Of a stretch of 58,860 bases of DNA, positions 7,130 to 16,500 are shown piece after piece. The DNA lies in the IMG/VR virus record IMGVR_UViG_3300043137_000366; one strand, written 5' to 3'. The stretch's first letter is position 1. Each line of letters opens with the position of its first letter. The translations under genes were made by a program, and so were the position numbers. The stretch comes from a virus. The notes under the pieces were generated by a model, which saw only the letters and a program-made list of their open reading frames with translations, had not been told where the DNA came from and did no database searches.

Positions 7130-7744
7130 ATGAACGACGAGCTGATCCCCGACAAAGGAGGCGACCGCAAGCCACGCCCCGGCAACCTCCGCCTCCTCAA
7201 CGATGGCGGGTTTCTCCGCGCCTTGGACGCCAATGGGCGCAAGTATCGCCTTCAGGCCGAGCCTGGCACCCCGGTTTCCGGTGTTGCTGCCACCGGCACC
7301 TTGACGGTCGACACCAACCCGACCGCCGGTGACACGATGACGATCGGCGCGACAACCTACACCTTCCGCGCCACTGCCGCTGTGGCCGGGGAGATCACGA
7401 TCGGGGCCAACCTCGCCGCCACGAAGCCGCTGATCGTCTCCGCCATCAATGGCGATTCGCTCAATGCGGCCAATGCCAGCGTGTCGGCTGCCACGTTCTC
7501 CTCGAACAACTGCACCCTGACCGCTCGCGTCGTCGGAGCTGCTGCGAACTCGGTCGCCACGACCGAGACCTACACCGCCGGCACGAACGTGTTCGCCGCG
7601 GCAACGTTGTCCGGTGGCGTCGATGGCACGGTGGCAAGCCGTGGCGACCGCCTGTTTGACACGTCGTTCACCTACCTCGCCACCGCGAACCTCGAAGTGA
7701 CGAGCACGAGCGGGTGGTACAAGCAGGCGCTGACGGCGTTGTGA
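7130..7744 (+). CDS. Hypothetical protein (A/T/G-rich, beta-rich; possibly virion-associated)
   Basis: 204-aa ORF containing TGTLTVDTNPTAGDTMTIGATTYTF, a pattern seen in phage structural or decoration proteins. Function not established. Confidence 0.55.
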   Translation: MNDELIPDKGGDRKPRPGNLRLLNDGGFLRALDANGRKYRLQAEPGTPVSGVAATGTLTVDTNPTAGDTMTIGATTYTFRATAAVAGEITIGANLAATKPLIVSAINGDSLNAANASVSAATFSSNNCTLTARVVGAAANSVATTETYTAGTNVFAAATLSGGVDGTVASRGDRLFDTSFTYLATANLEVTSTSGWYKQALTAL

Positions 7745-7754
7745 TCCCCTCTCC

Positions 7755-8105
7755 GGGCCTGCAATGGTTTCGACTCCATTGGGCCGCTCCCGAATAGCAT
7801 GCCGAGGTTGACCGGTTGGCCTCGTAAAAAGCCGGTCACAACAACAAACGGCACCAACACTGCCCGCTCCCGCACCGAAATCGGCGAACTCGCCCTTCCT
7901 GCCTGAGCATCACGCCCCGCCGAACGCCCGATCCCGGCGGGGAAACAAACCGGGCACCAAACGGAACCCAGCGCCGCAAAGACTGGGTGGTGGAGGCGGT
8001 CTCCGGATCGCCCTACGGCATGGCCCACCGTAACGGGCCGATTAAGCATGTCGAAGTTCAGGAGCGGAGCAGTGAAGGACGGCGGTTCGATCCCGCCCAG
8101 GTCCA
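7755..8105 (+). ncRNA. ssrA: tmRNA (ssrA), one-piece, CCA not encoded
   Basis: 5' end GGGCCTGCAATGGTTTCGAC pairs 7/7 with 3' CAGGTCC, including the G3:U70 wobble. T-arm is GGCGG-TTCGATC-CCGCC. An H-type pseudoknot (CGAGG/CCTCG and GACCGG/CCGGTC) lies at 7803-7837. A short tag ORF ends at TGA 7904-7906. Confidence 0.8.
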
Positions 8106-8227
8106 CTCAATCAACGGGAGCGCAGAAACCATCCAGTCGGCGACTAAGACCCGCAGGACAGTGGCGGTAGGTGAGAAACCGACCCCTCCCACCTTTCCCA
8201 AGCCCCGAGGCACTCCCCCTCTCCACC

Positions 8228-8830
8228 ATGCCCAACATCCTCGCCGATCTCCCGATCCTCCTCCCCTGCTTGGTCCGACGGGAGTTCACCCAGAACTTCA
8301 ATCGAGGGCATGGCGAGCTCATCCCGGCGCATGTTCTCGGGATCCGCTGCCAGGAGGGGCACTCCCTCCAGTTCCAGGTCAGATTTGAGGGCTCAACCTA
8401 CGGTGGCGCGATGTTTTGCCTTCCGATCCAGGCGCTTTGCTGGAAGGAATGCGAGAGCCCGCCATCGGAGCTTGTGCAGCCGTGGGACACCTTTTCCGAG
8501 CACTTTGCGGTCCATGCCTTCGCCCTCCTCAAGAACTCGCGTGCATGGCTCCTGAATCACGGGGCTGAGGCCTTCCCGAAGCGGATGGAGTCGCGATACC
8601 TCTTCACCGTCGACTTCAGCGGCAACGCCCTCGCCGACTGTTTCGAGCAGCACAAGCAACTCCACGTTCTTCAGGTCGAGGCCGGGTGGTTTGCCGCGGT
8701 GCCGAACAACCGCATGCTGTCCGACGACAGCGCGTTCTCGAAGCTGCCCGACGAGCTTCCCCGGTTCGAGTCACTGGCGGCCGACTTCTGTGGCGAGGTT
8801 ACGTTTCATCTGCCGGTGACTGCCCGTTGA
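8228..8830 (+). CDS. Hypothetical protein
   Basis: ATG at 8228 (MPNILADLP...). No recognisable motif. Its TGA stop lies inside a dispersed-motif copy. Confidence 0.55.
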   Translation: MPNILADLPILLPCLVRREFTQNFNRGHGELIPAHVLGIRCQEGHSLQFQVRFEGSTYGGAMFCLPIQALCWKECESPPSELVQPWDTFSEHFAVHAFALLKNSRAWLLNHGAEAFPKRMESRYLFTVDFSGNALADCFEQHKQLHVLQVEAGWFAAVPNNRMLSDDSAFSKLPDELPRFESLAADFCGEVTFHLPVTAR

Positions 8831-8841
8831 CAAAACGCGAG
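8825..8841 (+). promoter_or_regulatory. Dispersed motif copy CGTTGACAAAACGCGAG
   Basis: Contains the stop codon of 8228..8830. Lies about 105 nt upstream of the large terminase ATG. Confidence 0.7.
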
Positions 8842-8946
8842 AACCACCCAACCCTTCAGTGCTCCTCCGCAGTCCGTGCGGGGCCTCTTGCGAGGATTCA
8901 TTTCAACCGGCACCGGCCAGGTTGCGGACGCCGGTAAATTTTCCCG

Positions 8947-10719
8947 ATGGACCTGAATGGAGTCATCCAAGAGGCGATCAAGTGGTCCCCGGCCGCGTGG
9001 CTCGAAAACTACGGCAAGATCGAGCGCAAGGGTGGCGAGTTGGTGCGGCCGAAGGTCAACGAATACCAGCGCAAGATTTCAGCCGTTGTCGAGTGGTGCC
9101 ACCAGCATGGACGTCCGTGCCGGATCGTGGCACTCAAGCCCCGCCAGAAGGGATCATCGACTTTTTCCGTTGCCACTGCCTATCGCCGCCTGCTTGCCAA
9201 GCGTGGCCGTGGCCTGATTGCCGGTGGCGCTCACTTCCAGGGAGCAAACCTGTTCCGCATCCTGCGCACGTACGCCGAGAACGACGAGCTTGACCCGAAG
9301 AAGTGCAAGGTCATGGACATGGATGCCCGGTTCACCAACGGGTCATCGATGGAGCGGATCACGCTCGCCAACTCGAATGCTGGACGATCAGGCACGTATC
9401 AGGTGCTTATCGTCACAGAAGTTGCGTATTTACAGGAGGAGGGCGTCGCCAATGCCACCAACGTCCTCAACGGCCTGCTGAAGTGCGTTCCCTACGAGGC
9501 AGATACCATCATCATCCAGGAGAGCACGGCCAAGGGTGCCTCCGGTGACTTCTACGAGACGTTCGAGGGCGGAGTCACCTTCGAGGAGTTCAAGGCAGGC
9601 CGGAATGGCTACATCAAGATTTTCAGCCCGTGGTATGAGTTCGAGGACTCGCGCATGCCAGCGGCCAGCGAAGACATCCATTCGGAGGCCGATCTGACCG
9701 AGCAGGAGCGCGAGCTTGCGGCCAAGTGGTCGCTCGACCTCGACCAAGTCGCATGGATGCGCTGGGCCATCCGGGAGGAGTGCAAAGGCGACTTTGATCG
9801 CTTCGTGCAGGATTACCCGTTCGACCCGGAGACGTGTTTCCTCAAATCCGGCCGTGGCCGCTTCAATGCCGATGGGTTGAAACACCAGAAGGAGATCGCC
9901 AAGATCCGCCCGCGCACGTTCGGAGTCGTCGAAATGAACTACCGGAGCGACGCCGTGTCATTCCGCCCGTGTGGTGAGGAAGAGGCAAAAGTTGTCATGT
10001 GGGAGAAGCCGCGGGTGGGCTGCCGCTATCTTGTGTCCGTCGACCCGATGACCGGCGCCAGTCAGACCGGCGGCATCGATCCGGACAGTCATTCCGTGTT
10101 CGTCCACCGTGCCGGCTACATCGATGCCGGGAATGGGAAGTGGGTCGAGCCCGCAGTGGTGATGCGCAACATGCTTTTCCACGACGGGCTCCGGTTCGGA
10201 TGCTGGTGGGACATCGATGTGCTGGAGGAGGAGATTTACCGGATGGCGCGCTACTACGGCGGGGCGCTGATCGTTCCGGAAATGAACATGGACCGTGGGC
10301 TTGTCGAGCTCCTGAAGCTCCGCCCGGACGCCAACGTCTACGAGCGCGAGATGTTCAACCGTCGCGAAGGCATCACCACAAACGCGCTCGGGTGGATGAC
10401 CGACACGAAGACGCGCCCGATGATCATCGAGAACCTGGCGCGGTCGGTGCGTGAGACTGGGCGCGGGGTTGCTGGCGTGGGATTCGAGATCCGATGTCCC
10501 TGGGCGATCAAGCAGCTCGAAAATTTTGTCGTGAAGACCAACGGGCGGGCAGAGGCGGCACAAGGGCACCATGACGACGACGTGTTGTCACTGGCGATCG
10601 GGCACCAGTTGATCGAGCAGGCGACCGTGTTCTTTGAAGAGACCCGGGACGAGTGGCTGCCGCCGGATTTGAGGCCGAAGACTGGAGCGAGGGCGATGGG
10701 GCGGGCGCAATATGGATAA
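8947..10719 (+). CDS. terL: Terminase large subunit
   Basis: 590 aa. Walker A-like KPRQKGSST, Walker B-like LIVTEVAY, and nuclease-type acidic motifs VSVDPMTG and HHDDDVLSLAIG. Confidence 0.9.
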   Translation: MDLNGVIQEAIKWSPAAWLENYGKIERKGGELVRPKVNEYQRKISAVVEWCHQHGRPCRIVALKPRQKGSSTFSVATAYRRLLAKRGRGLIAGGAHFQGANLFRILRTYAENDELDPKKCKVMDMDARFTNGSSMERITLANSNAGRSGTYQVLIVTEVAYLQEEGVANATNVLNGLLKCVPYEADTIIIQESTAKGASGDFYETFEGGVTFEEFKAGRNGYIKIFSPWYEFEDSRMPAASEDIHSEADLTEQERELAAKWSLDLDQVAWMRWAIREECKGDFDRFVQDYPFDPETCFLKSGRGRFNADGLKHQKEIAKIRPRTFGVVEMNYRSDAVSFRPCGEEEAKVVMWEKPRVGCRYLVSVDPMTGASQTGGIDPDSHSVFVHRAGYIDAGNGKWVEPAVVMRNMLFHDGLRFGCWWDIDVLEEEIYRMARYYGGALIVPEMNMDRGLVELLKLRPDANVYEREMFNRREGITTNALGWMTDTKTRPMIIENLARSVRETGRGVAGVGFEIRCPWAIKQLENFVVKTNGRAEAAQGHHDDDVLSLAIGHQLIEQATVFFEETRDEWLPPDLRPKTGARAMGRAQYG

Positions 10720-10720
10720 T

Positions 10721-10737
10721 CGTTGACGTAACGCGAG
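10721..10737 (+). promoter_or_regulatory. Dispersed motif copy CGTTGACGTAACGCGAG
   Basis: Starts 2 nt after the terL stop and lies 24 nt upstream of ATG 10761. Confidence 0.8.
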
Positions 10738-10760
10738 AGTGGTGATTGGGTGGCGGGGAA

Positions 10761-11048
10761 ATGAATGAAGTGATTGAATCGGGAAAGTCCGCACCCCTCT
10801 CCCAAGCCCAAAAGGCCGAGGCACTACGCCCCGACATGCCGCTTGAGGACTTGCTGGTGAAGCTGTGCGAGTTCGGCAAACCCCGCGTTGGTATGTATGG
10901 CTCAGGCTGGCATTGCCACATCGATATGCACGTTGCCTCGGTGGGCACCTCGTTTGAGGTCAAGTCGGAGTTTGGGCACGGAACCCCGCTGGTGGCTGCT
11001 CGTGAGTGTGCCAATCGCGTGATCGAGACTTTGAAGAGATTTGCGTGA
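10761..11048 (+). CDS. Hypothetical protein
   Basis: ATG at 10761; the track start at 10746 is TTG. Confidence 0.55.
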   Translation: MNEVIESGKSAPLSQAQKAEALRPDMPLEDLLVKLCEFGKPRVGMYGSGWHCHIDMHVASVGTSFEVKSEFGHGTPLVAARECANRVIETLKRFA

Positions 11049-11051
11049 GCC

Positions 11052-11282
11052 ATGACCATCAAAGAACTTGAATCGAAGGCCACCGCCGCTGAACTCTGCC
11101 TCATCCGTGAGGTTGCGTCGGCGTTGCGGCAGGAAATCGCAGAAGAAATCATCAGCAAGGCAATCAATTTTCTGCGATCTAACCATCCTCCTAATCCATC
11201 GCGATTTGCTGATCCCGTCGCAGGGACGCGGGAATATGTCGAGCGGCTGGTGGCAGCGGTGAAGAGTGAAACGGAAGACTGA
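11052..11282 (+). CDS. Hypothetical protein
   Basis: 76-aa ORF with an ATG start and tight spacing to its neighbours. Confidence 0.55.
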   Translation: MTIKELESKATAAELCLIREVASALRQEIAEEIISKAINFLRSNHPPNPSRFADPVAGTREYVERLVAAVKSETED

Positions 11283-11285
11283 CCC

Positions 11286-11510
11286 ATGAACCCCCTCCAA
11301 GAATGGACCTGCGGCAACACCCGCCCGCGCTGGTGGATGGGATACTCCCACTATTCCGCCGAGCGCGACCGATACCTCTACGTTGCGTTCCCGCTGAATC
11401 ACCTCGTCGCTGTGGCGTGGTGGGCGCACGACCTCTGGTGCCGGAAGCTACGGCATTCATCGTGGATTGATGGAGAGGTGGAGGAGAGAGCCGAAAGGAG
11501 GAGGCTGTGA
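11286..11510 (+). CDS. Hypothetical Trp-rich protein
   Basis: 74-aa ORF with an ATG start. Confidence 0.5.
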   Translation: MNPLQEWTCGNTRPRWWMGYSHYSAERDRYLYVAFPLNHLVAVAWWAHDLWCRKLRHSSWIDGEVEERAERRRL

Positions 11511-11953
11511 AAATCCTCTTCCTCGACGTCGATGGCGTCCTCAACCGCTGCGGGAAGTCCAATCAAGGGCTTGAAACAGACAAGTGCGACCTGCTGGCGG
11601 ATCTCTGCCGTCGCGTCGGGTGCAAGGTCGTGGTGTCCTCGACGTGGAGGAGATACCCTCACTTGATGGCGGATCGATTACTGCCAATGTTCCGCTCTCG
11701 CGGGATTGAGTGCGTGGGGCAGACTCCGATGCTGGAAAAGCCAAGCCCCGGCGGGCATGTCGTAGTCGCCGCCGCTCGCCACGAGGAAATCACCGCATGG
11801 CTCGCCGACCACGCCGAGGTTACGCAATACGCCATCGTGGATGATGACTCGGACGCCGACGACGGAACGGGCCGCTATGTGCGAACGGGGAGCTACGAGG
11901 GGATGACGGAGGCTCATGCCGCAAGAATCGAACAACTACTGAACCGACCATGA
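11507..11953 (+). CDS. HAD-superfamily phosphatase-like protein
   Basis: N-terminal ILFLDVDGVLN is the DxDx(T/V) HAD motif I. GTG start overlaps the upstream stop (GTGA). Confidence 0.65.
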   Translation: MKILFLDVDGVLNRCGKSNQGLETDKCDLLADLCRRVGCKVVVSSTWRRYPHLMADRLLPMFRSRGIECVGQTPMLEKPSPGGHVVVAAARHEEITAWLADHAEVTQYAIVDDDSDADDGTGRYVRTGSYEGMTEAHAARIEQLLNRP

Positions 11954-12096
11954 GCCTCTCCGTCTTCGTCTGGACCCTCGGTGATGTCATCGGGGTCGCC
12001 ACAATCGCCCTGTTTGTCCTCCTCTATGCCGGGATCCACGCATTCCTCGCATGGGAGAAGCTGGTGAGGTGGGTCAAATCCAAATTCAAGCCATGA
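11950..12096 (+). CDS. Small hydrophobic (single-TM) protein, 48 aa
   Basis: Not in the ORF track because it is under 60 aa. ATGA overlaps at both ends. Sequence begins MSLSVFVWTLGDVIGVATIALFVLLYAGIHAF... Confidence 0.4.
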   Translation: MSLSVFVWTLGDVIGVATIALFVLLYAGIHAFLAWEKLVRWVKSKFKP

Positions 12097-12467
12097 CCCC
12101 CACCGAACTCGAAGCCTACGACGCCATGATGCGCGACCGTGACCGGTGGCGTGAGAAGGCGGAGGGGTTGCACCCCGCTACCGAAAACGCCGTCGTCCAG
12201 ATGATCCGCCAGCGTGGCGAGGTTGGTCGTAAAAAATACGGCATTGGCATGGACCGGCGCGACCTGTCGCTGGCGCAGTGGATTCAGCACCTCCAGGAGG
12301 AGCTCGCCGACGGACTGCAGTACGCCGAGCGGATGAAGGGAGGCGCGAGCCTGCTAGATGAGGCCAGATCCATCATGGAGACGCTGGCGGACGAGCGGGG
12401 ATGGGAAGTGGCCGCTGATTGGGTGAAGAGGTTTGACGAGCAATTCCCCATCACCCCGTTGACGTAA
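12093..12467 (+). CDS. MazG-like nucleotide pyrophosphohydrolase, putative
   Basis: KKYGIGMDRRDLSLAQWIQHLQEELADGLQY resembles the all-alpha NTP-PPase pattern (DUF550 or MazG-like). Confidence 0.4.
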   Translation: MTPTELEAYDAMMRDRDRWREKAEGLHPATENAVVQMIRQRGEVGRKKYGIGMDRRDLSLAQWIQHLQEELADGLQYAERMKGGASLLDEARSIMETLADERGWEVAADWVKRFDEQFPITPLT

Positions 12468-12473
12468 CGCGAC
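12457..12473 (+). promoter_or_regulatory. Dispersed motif copy CGTTGACGTAACGCGAC
   Basis: The TAA of the motif is the stop codon of 12093..12467. Lies 21 nt upstream of ATG 12494. Confidence 0.8.
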
Positions 12474-12493
12474 CCGTCCGCTAGTTTCCCCGC

Positions 12494-13528
12494 ATGGACT
12501 ACCCGGAAGCCGCTGGATTCGCGTTGGCGCAAGATCGCCTGTTGGCCCAAGGCGGGCCGATGAAGAAGCCGAAACGCGGCATGATCGGGGAGACTTTTAC
12601 CAAGGGTGCGCTCAAGGGGAAGACCATCGACCAGGCGAACATGATGGCCCGCCAGAAGTGGTCGCAATCATCGCCGCAGCTCCGTGACGGGTATGCCAAT
12701 TCCGCGCGCAGAGGCATGATGTCGCCGTCGGAGTTGGCGGCAGAGGCCAAGCGCCAGCGTGAGGAGGAGATGATGCGCGGGCGGTCGATGATGCCTGCCG
12801 CAGCGCCCGCACCAGCCAAAACGACTCCGGCACTCACCAAGCCCGCCCCCAACCCGGTCGCCGCCCCGGCACCCGCGCCAAGTGGGCCGCAGAATGTGGC
12901 GATCACACCCCCATCCCCTCTCCAGCGCCCAACCATTCCCGCCGCACCGACAGCCCCGGCACCCGCACTGTCACCGATGGCCCAAGCGGAACTCGACAAG
13001 CGCCGAGCCGCCGCCGCCGCAACCCCGACCGGACAACCCGTCGTCAGCAACCCCGGCCAAGGCATCAATCGCCTGACCGGTCTTCCGTTCGGCTATCAGC
13101 CCGGTGACGTCATCCAGGGTGATTCGGCCATGCAGGGGCGTGCCGCGCAGTCGGTCAGCCGCCAGAACATCGCCGAGAGCCAAGCGGCATCGCGGCAGAT
13201 GGCGGGCAAGCCTGATCCGAATGCTGGCGACTACGAGGCCGCTGGCCGCGTGATGAAAAAGGACGCCGTTGTGGGTGCGAAATACCGCGCCCCAGCCGCT
13301 CCCGTCGTCAAGGCCCCGCAGATGCGCCCCGGCGTCTCCTTCGATCCCTCAAAAGGCTACCAAGCCGACCCGAAAGCCAAACCGACGCTCGCCAAGCCCG
13401 GTGACGTTTCGCTGGAGGAATACCAAACGGCCCGCACGCGCATGCGTTCGGCAGGCTCCACCTTGGAGCAGGACAAGAAAGACCAAGCCCTTCTCGCCAA
13501 ATTCGGCCGCCAAACTTCTGGATACTGA
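12494..13528 (+). CDS. Hypothetical Pro/Ala-rich protein
   Basis: 344-aa ORF with a long low-complexity PAPA region. Lies immediately upstream of the giant ORF. Confidence 0.55.
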   Translation: MDYPEAAGFALAQDRLLAQGGPMKKPKRGMIGETFTKGALKGKTIDQANMMARQKWSQSSPQLRDGYANSARRGMMSPSELAAEAKRQREEEMMRGRSMMPAAAPAPAKTTPALTKPAPNPVAAPAPAPSGPQNVAITPPSPLQRPTIPAAPTAPAPALSPMAQAELDKRRAAAAATPTGQPVVSNPGQGINRLTGLPFGYQPGDVIQGDSAMQGRAAQSVSRQNIAESQAASRQMAGKPDPNAGDYEAAGRVMKKDAVVGAKYRAPAAPVVKAPQMRPGVSFDPSKGYQADPKAKPTLAKPGDVSLEEYQTARTRMRSAGSTLEQDKKDQALLAKFGRQTSGY

Positions 13529-13534
13529 TCGACC

Positions 13535-16500
13535 ATGCCAAACGGACCCTTTCGTCAAATGGATCAAGGCGTTTTTCGCCGAGGTGTCAGTGAGCAGGCA
13601 GTCGGTGCAGATCCGAGTCCGGAAAGCGGCACGGTATCGCCATTGACGCGCCCGCCGGCGTGGAAGTCGCTTGCTGGAAACTCGCATTTCCAGCGCCTCA
13701 ACGAGGAGGGGATTCGCGCCGAACAGACACGGGTTCGCCAGAGTCAGCAGGACTCGCCGCGCGCCTCATCCACCCGCCAGCCAAAGTGGAAATCCGGCAT
13801 TGGCATCCTTCAGCGTGAGTTCCCCGACGGCAGCGTTGAAGATCACGACCCGGAGACCCTGCTTGACGATCCGGAAGTCGGCCAGATGGCCGCGCAGTCG
13901 CTTTATCTGCGTGACGTCAAGGCCGCCCAGGATGACGAGGCTGCGACCCGCCTTCGGCTTGACGACCCAAACGACCAGCGCAAGCTCGCCGACAAGAAGC
14001 GCGAGGAAATTCTTTCCATGGGCTCTGGCTTGGCAGAGACCGACCCGGAGCACCAGCGCCTCAAGAAGCAGCTCGTCGACCACGACGCTCGCATCCAAGA
14101 GGAACAAGACCTCTACCAGAAACGAGTTCGCCTCCAGCAGATCAAGCAAGGCGGCGTTTCCGGATGGCTTCAGCAGCGCCAGCAGGCGAAGCCGATCGAG
14201 CAGAAGGCACAGGAAGCCTCCCAGCAGGCCCAGGCCAACACCGCCCGCATCATCGCTGCCGAAGAGTCCGCCGCGCTTGAAGAGGAGCAGTTGAGCCAGC
14301 AAGCCCAGCAGGGCGTGCGTGGCAATGACCTGCCCGCGTTCCAACAACGCCAGCAGGAACTTGCCGCCGCGAAGACACAGATCGCCCAGCAGAAGGCACA
14401 GCCGGACGCGCAACTTCAGCAAGTCGCCACCGAGGCCGCGGGCAAGGCGGAGGTGATGGACGGTAAGCCGAAGCTCCCCAAGGCGGAATCGCTTGCCGCC
14501 GCGCTTCAGTCGGCCAAGCTCTACGGCTCCGCGACTGCCGCAATGGGCAATTCCAGCGACCAAGGCATCCGCCGGGGCGCGAACGGGAATTGGGATTTGC
14601 CGCTGATGATGCAGCAGCAGGACAATCCGATCATCAATGTCATCGGGAATCTCGCTGTCACCGGTGGCCAGAAGCTCGGGGCGCGACTTGAGTCCGGCGG
14701 CGTCCAGAAGGATGCCATCCAATCCGTTTTCCACAAGTTCCAGCAGGACAACAATCTCTCCGACGAGGAGGTCGCAACCGCGTGGTCGGACCTTGGCGCT
14801 CAATCCCGGAAGTGGGACACGGAGGAAAAGACCCGTGTGCTGTCTGACGGGCGCATCCTCCTCAATCCGCTTTCCAGCTACATCCTCGACACCAAGCAGG
14901 CGGAAGCGGTCATTGATGAGTCCTCCGCCACGCCGGAGCAGAAGGCCTACGCCAAGACTACTATCCAGGGCGTCCAGAACAACGTCGCCGCCGGGAAGCT
15001 GGAAGCGTACGAGGCTGCCGCGCAAATGCTGAACTCGAAGGAGGGCCAATCGACCCTTTCCGTTGGCATTGGTAGCGGTGGTGGCAGAAGCGGGCTCAAA
15101 TCTCCCTCCGAATGGGCGTCCGAAACCGGGCGCAAGGACACGATCACCGCCAAGTTCATCGCCGACTACGAGCGCGAGGTCATCGACAAGCAGTCGGGGC
15201 CGACCAAATGGGCGCGAGGGATCGCGACTGACTGGATGATGGGGAATCTCCAGAACGCCAACATGGTCCTCGGGCTTGGCGGCATGGCTGGCAGTGAAAC
15301 CATGGCGGAAATGGCCGCTCAGGGCGCAGAGGCCAGCAACCTCATTGGCCAAGGCAAGGCTGACACCGGGATCACCGGGCAGATTGTCCAGCAGGTGCCA
15401 CAGATGGCCGCGCAGATCGTCACCGGTCGCCTTCTTGGTGGTGCGGCAGCCATCACCGGTAAGGCCGCGCCAACGATCGCCAACATCGGCACTGTCTCGA
15501 TGGCTGGCGCTCAGTCGGCAGGCATGACCTACGCCCAGCAACGGGCAGCGGGCGACACCCACGAGGTTGCGTTCGACAAGGCCTACAAATCCGGCGTCTC
15601 CACGGCGGTCATCACTGGCATCATGCAGAAAATGGGGGCTGGCGGCGTGGAAAAGGTCGCCGCTGGCCGCAGCGTGGCCGACGTCACCGTGCGCGACTTG
15701 CTGAAGTCGGCCACGAAAAAGGAACTTCTCGAGAACACCCGGCGCTTTGCCGCCGACGTCATCAAGGCCTCCGGTGGTGAGTTCACCGAAGAATTTGCCG
15801 ATCAGCTCGCGCAGTCATTCCTGACCGCCGACCCCGACACCAATTTGGCAAACGCCTGGGAGGAAGCCGTGCAAGCCGGAACCGTTGGCGGCATCATGGG
15901 CGGAGGAACAAAGGTCTTGGAGGCCTCGTTCGACAACCACCCTCAGACCCCTGACGCTCAAGCCGCGCGCGTCACTGCCGAAACCCTCAAGACCGACCCG
16001 ACCGCCGCGCCGGTCACGCCGGAGGAAATCCGTGCCTCTCAGGATGTTGTGGGCGACTACCTCACTCCCGGCGAAACCCCTGACGAGGCAGCCGCGCGCG
16101 TGGCCGACGGGGTGAAGATCCACCGCGAGATCAGCCAGTTCGAGGAGCAAGCTGCCTCTGCCGTCAGCGATGCGCTGGCCGCGCTCGATGAGGCCACCGC
16201 TACCGGCGACAAGGTCGCGATCGAAGCGGCCAAACAGAATCTCGACAAGGCCTCTGCTGAGGCCACCAAGCCCCCGCGTGCGCGTGCCGTCGCCAAGATC
16301 GCCCGCGGTGAATCGCTCGATCTCCTCACCCACACAGAACTTCAGTCCCTCGGAATCCAGCGCACTGGCAAGCCATCCGACGCGAAGACCCTGGAAGCAC
16401 AAGGGCTCACTGCCCCACTTGTCGACATTGGCCCCGATGGACGCCCGATCTTGCTCGACGAGGCGATCAAACAAGCCGGCACCGTTTCTCCGACCGCTGC

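Noticed and set aside
7755-8105. tmRNA as a captured host fragment or attP
   Set aside because: Both the 5' and 3' halves and the tag region are present. The locus is embedded between late genes and is far from the integrase. attP-type fragments normally contain only the 3' end.
13906-13922. Degenerate motif-like sequences (13906-13922, 20531-20547, 45174-45186, 5058-5072)
   Set aside because: They show only 9-12 of 15 matches, are mostly in the wrong orientation, and lie inside coding sequence. This is compatible with chance.
13766-15562. Long antisense ORFs inside the giant gene (13766..15562, 15815..16726, 22271..23149, 24704..26194, 26741..27715) and across the portal (27767..29002, 29024..30322)
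   Set aside because: Their composition is typical of GC-rich shadow frames (R/G/L/A-rich with no motifs). The sense frame carries clear methyltransferase and helicase motifs and is uninterrupted.
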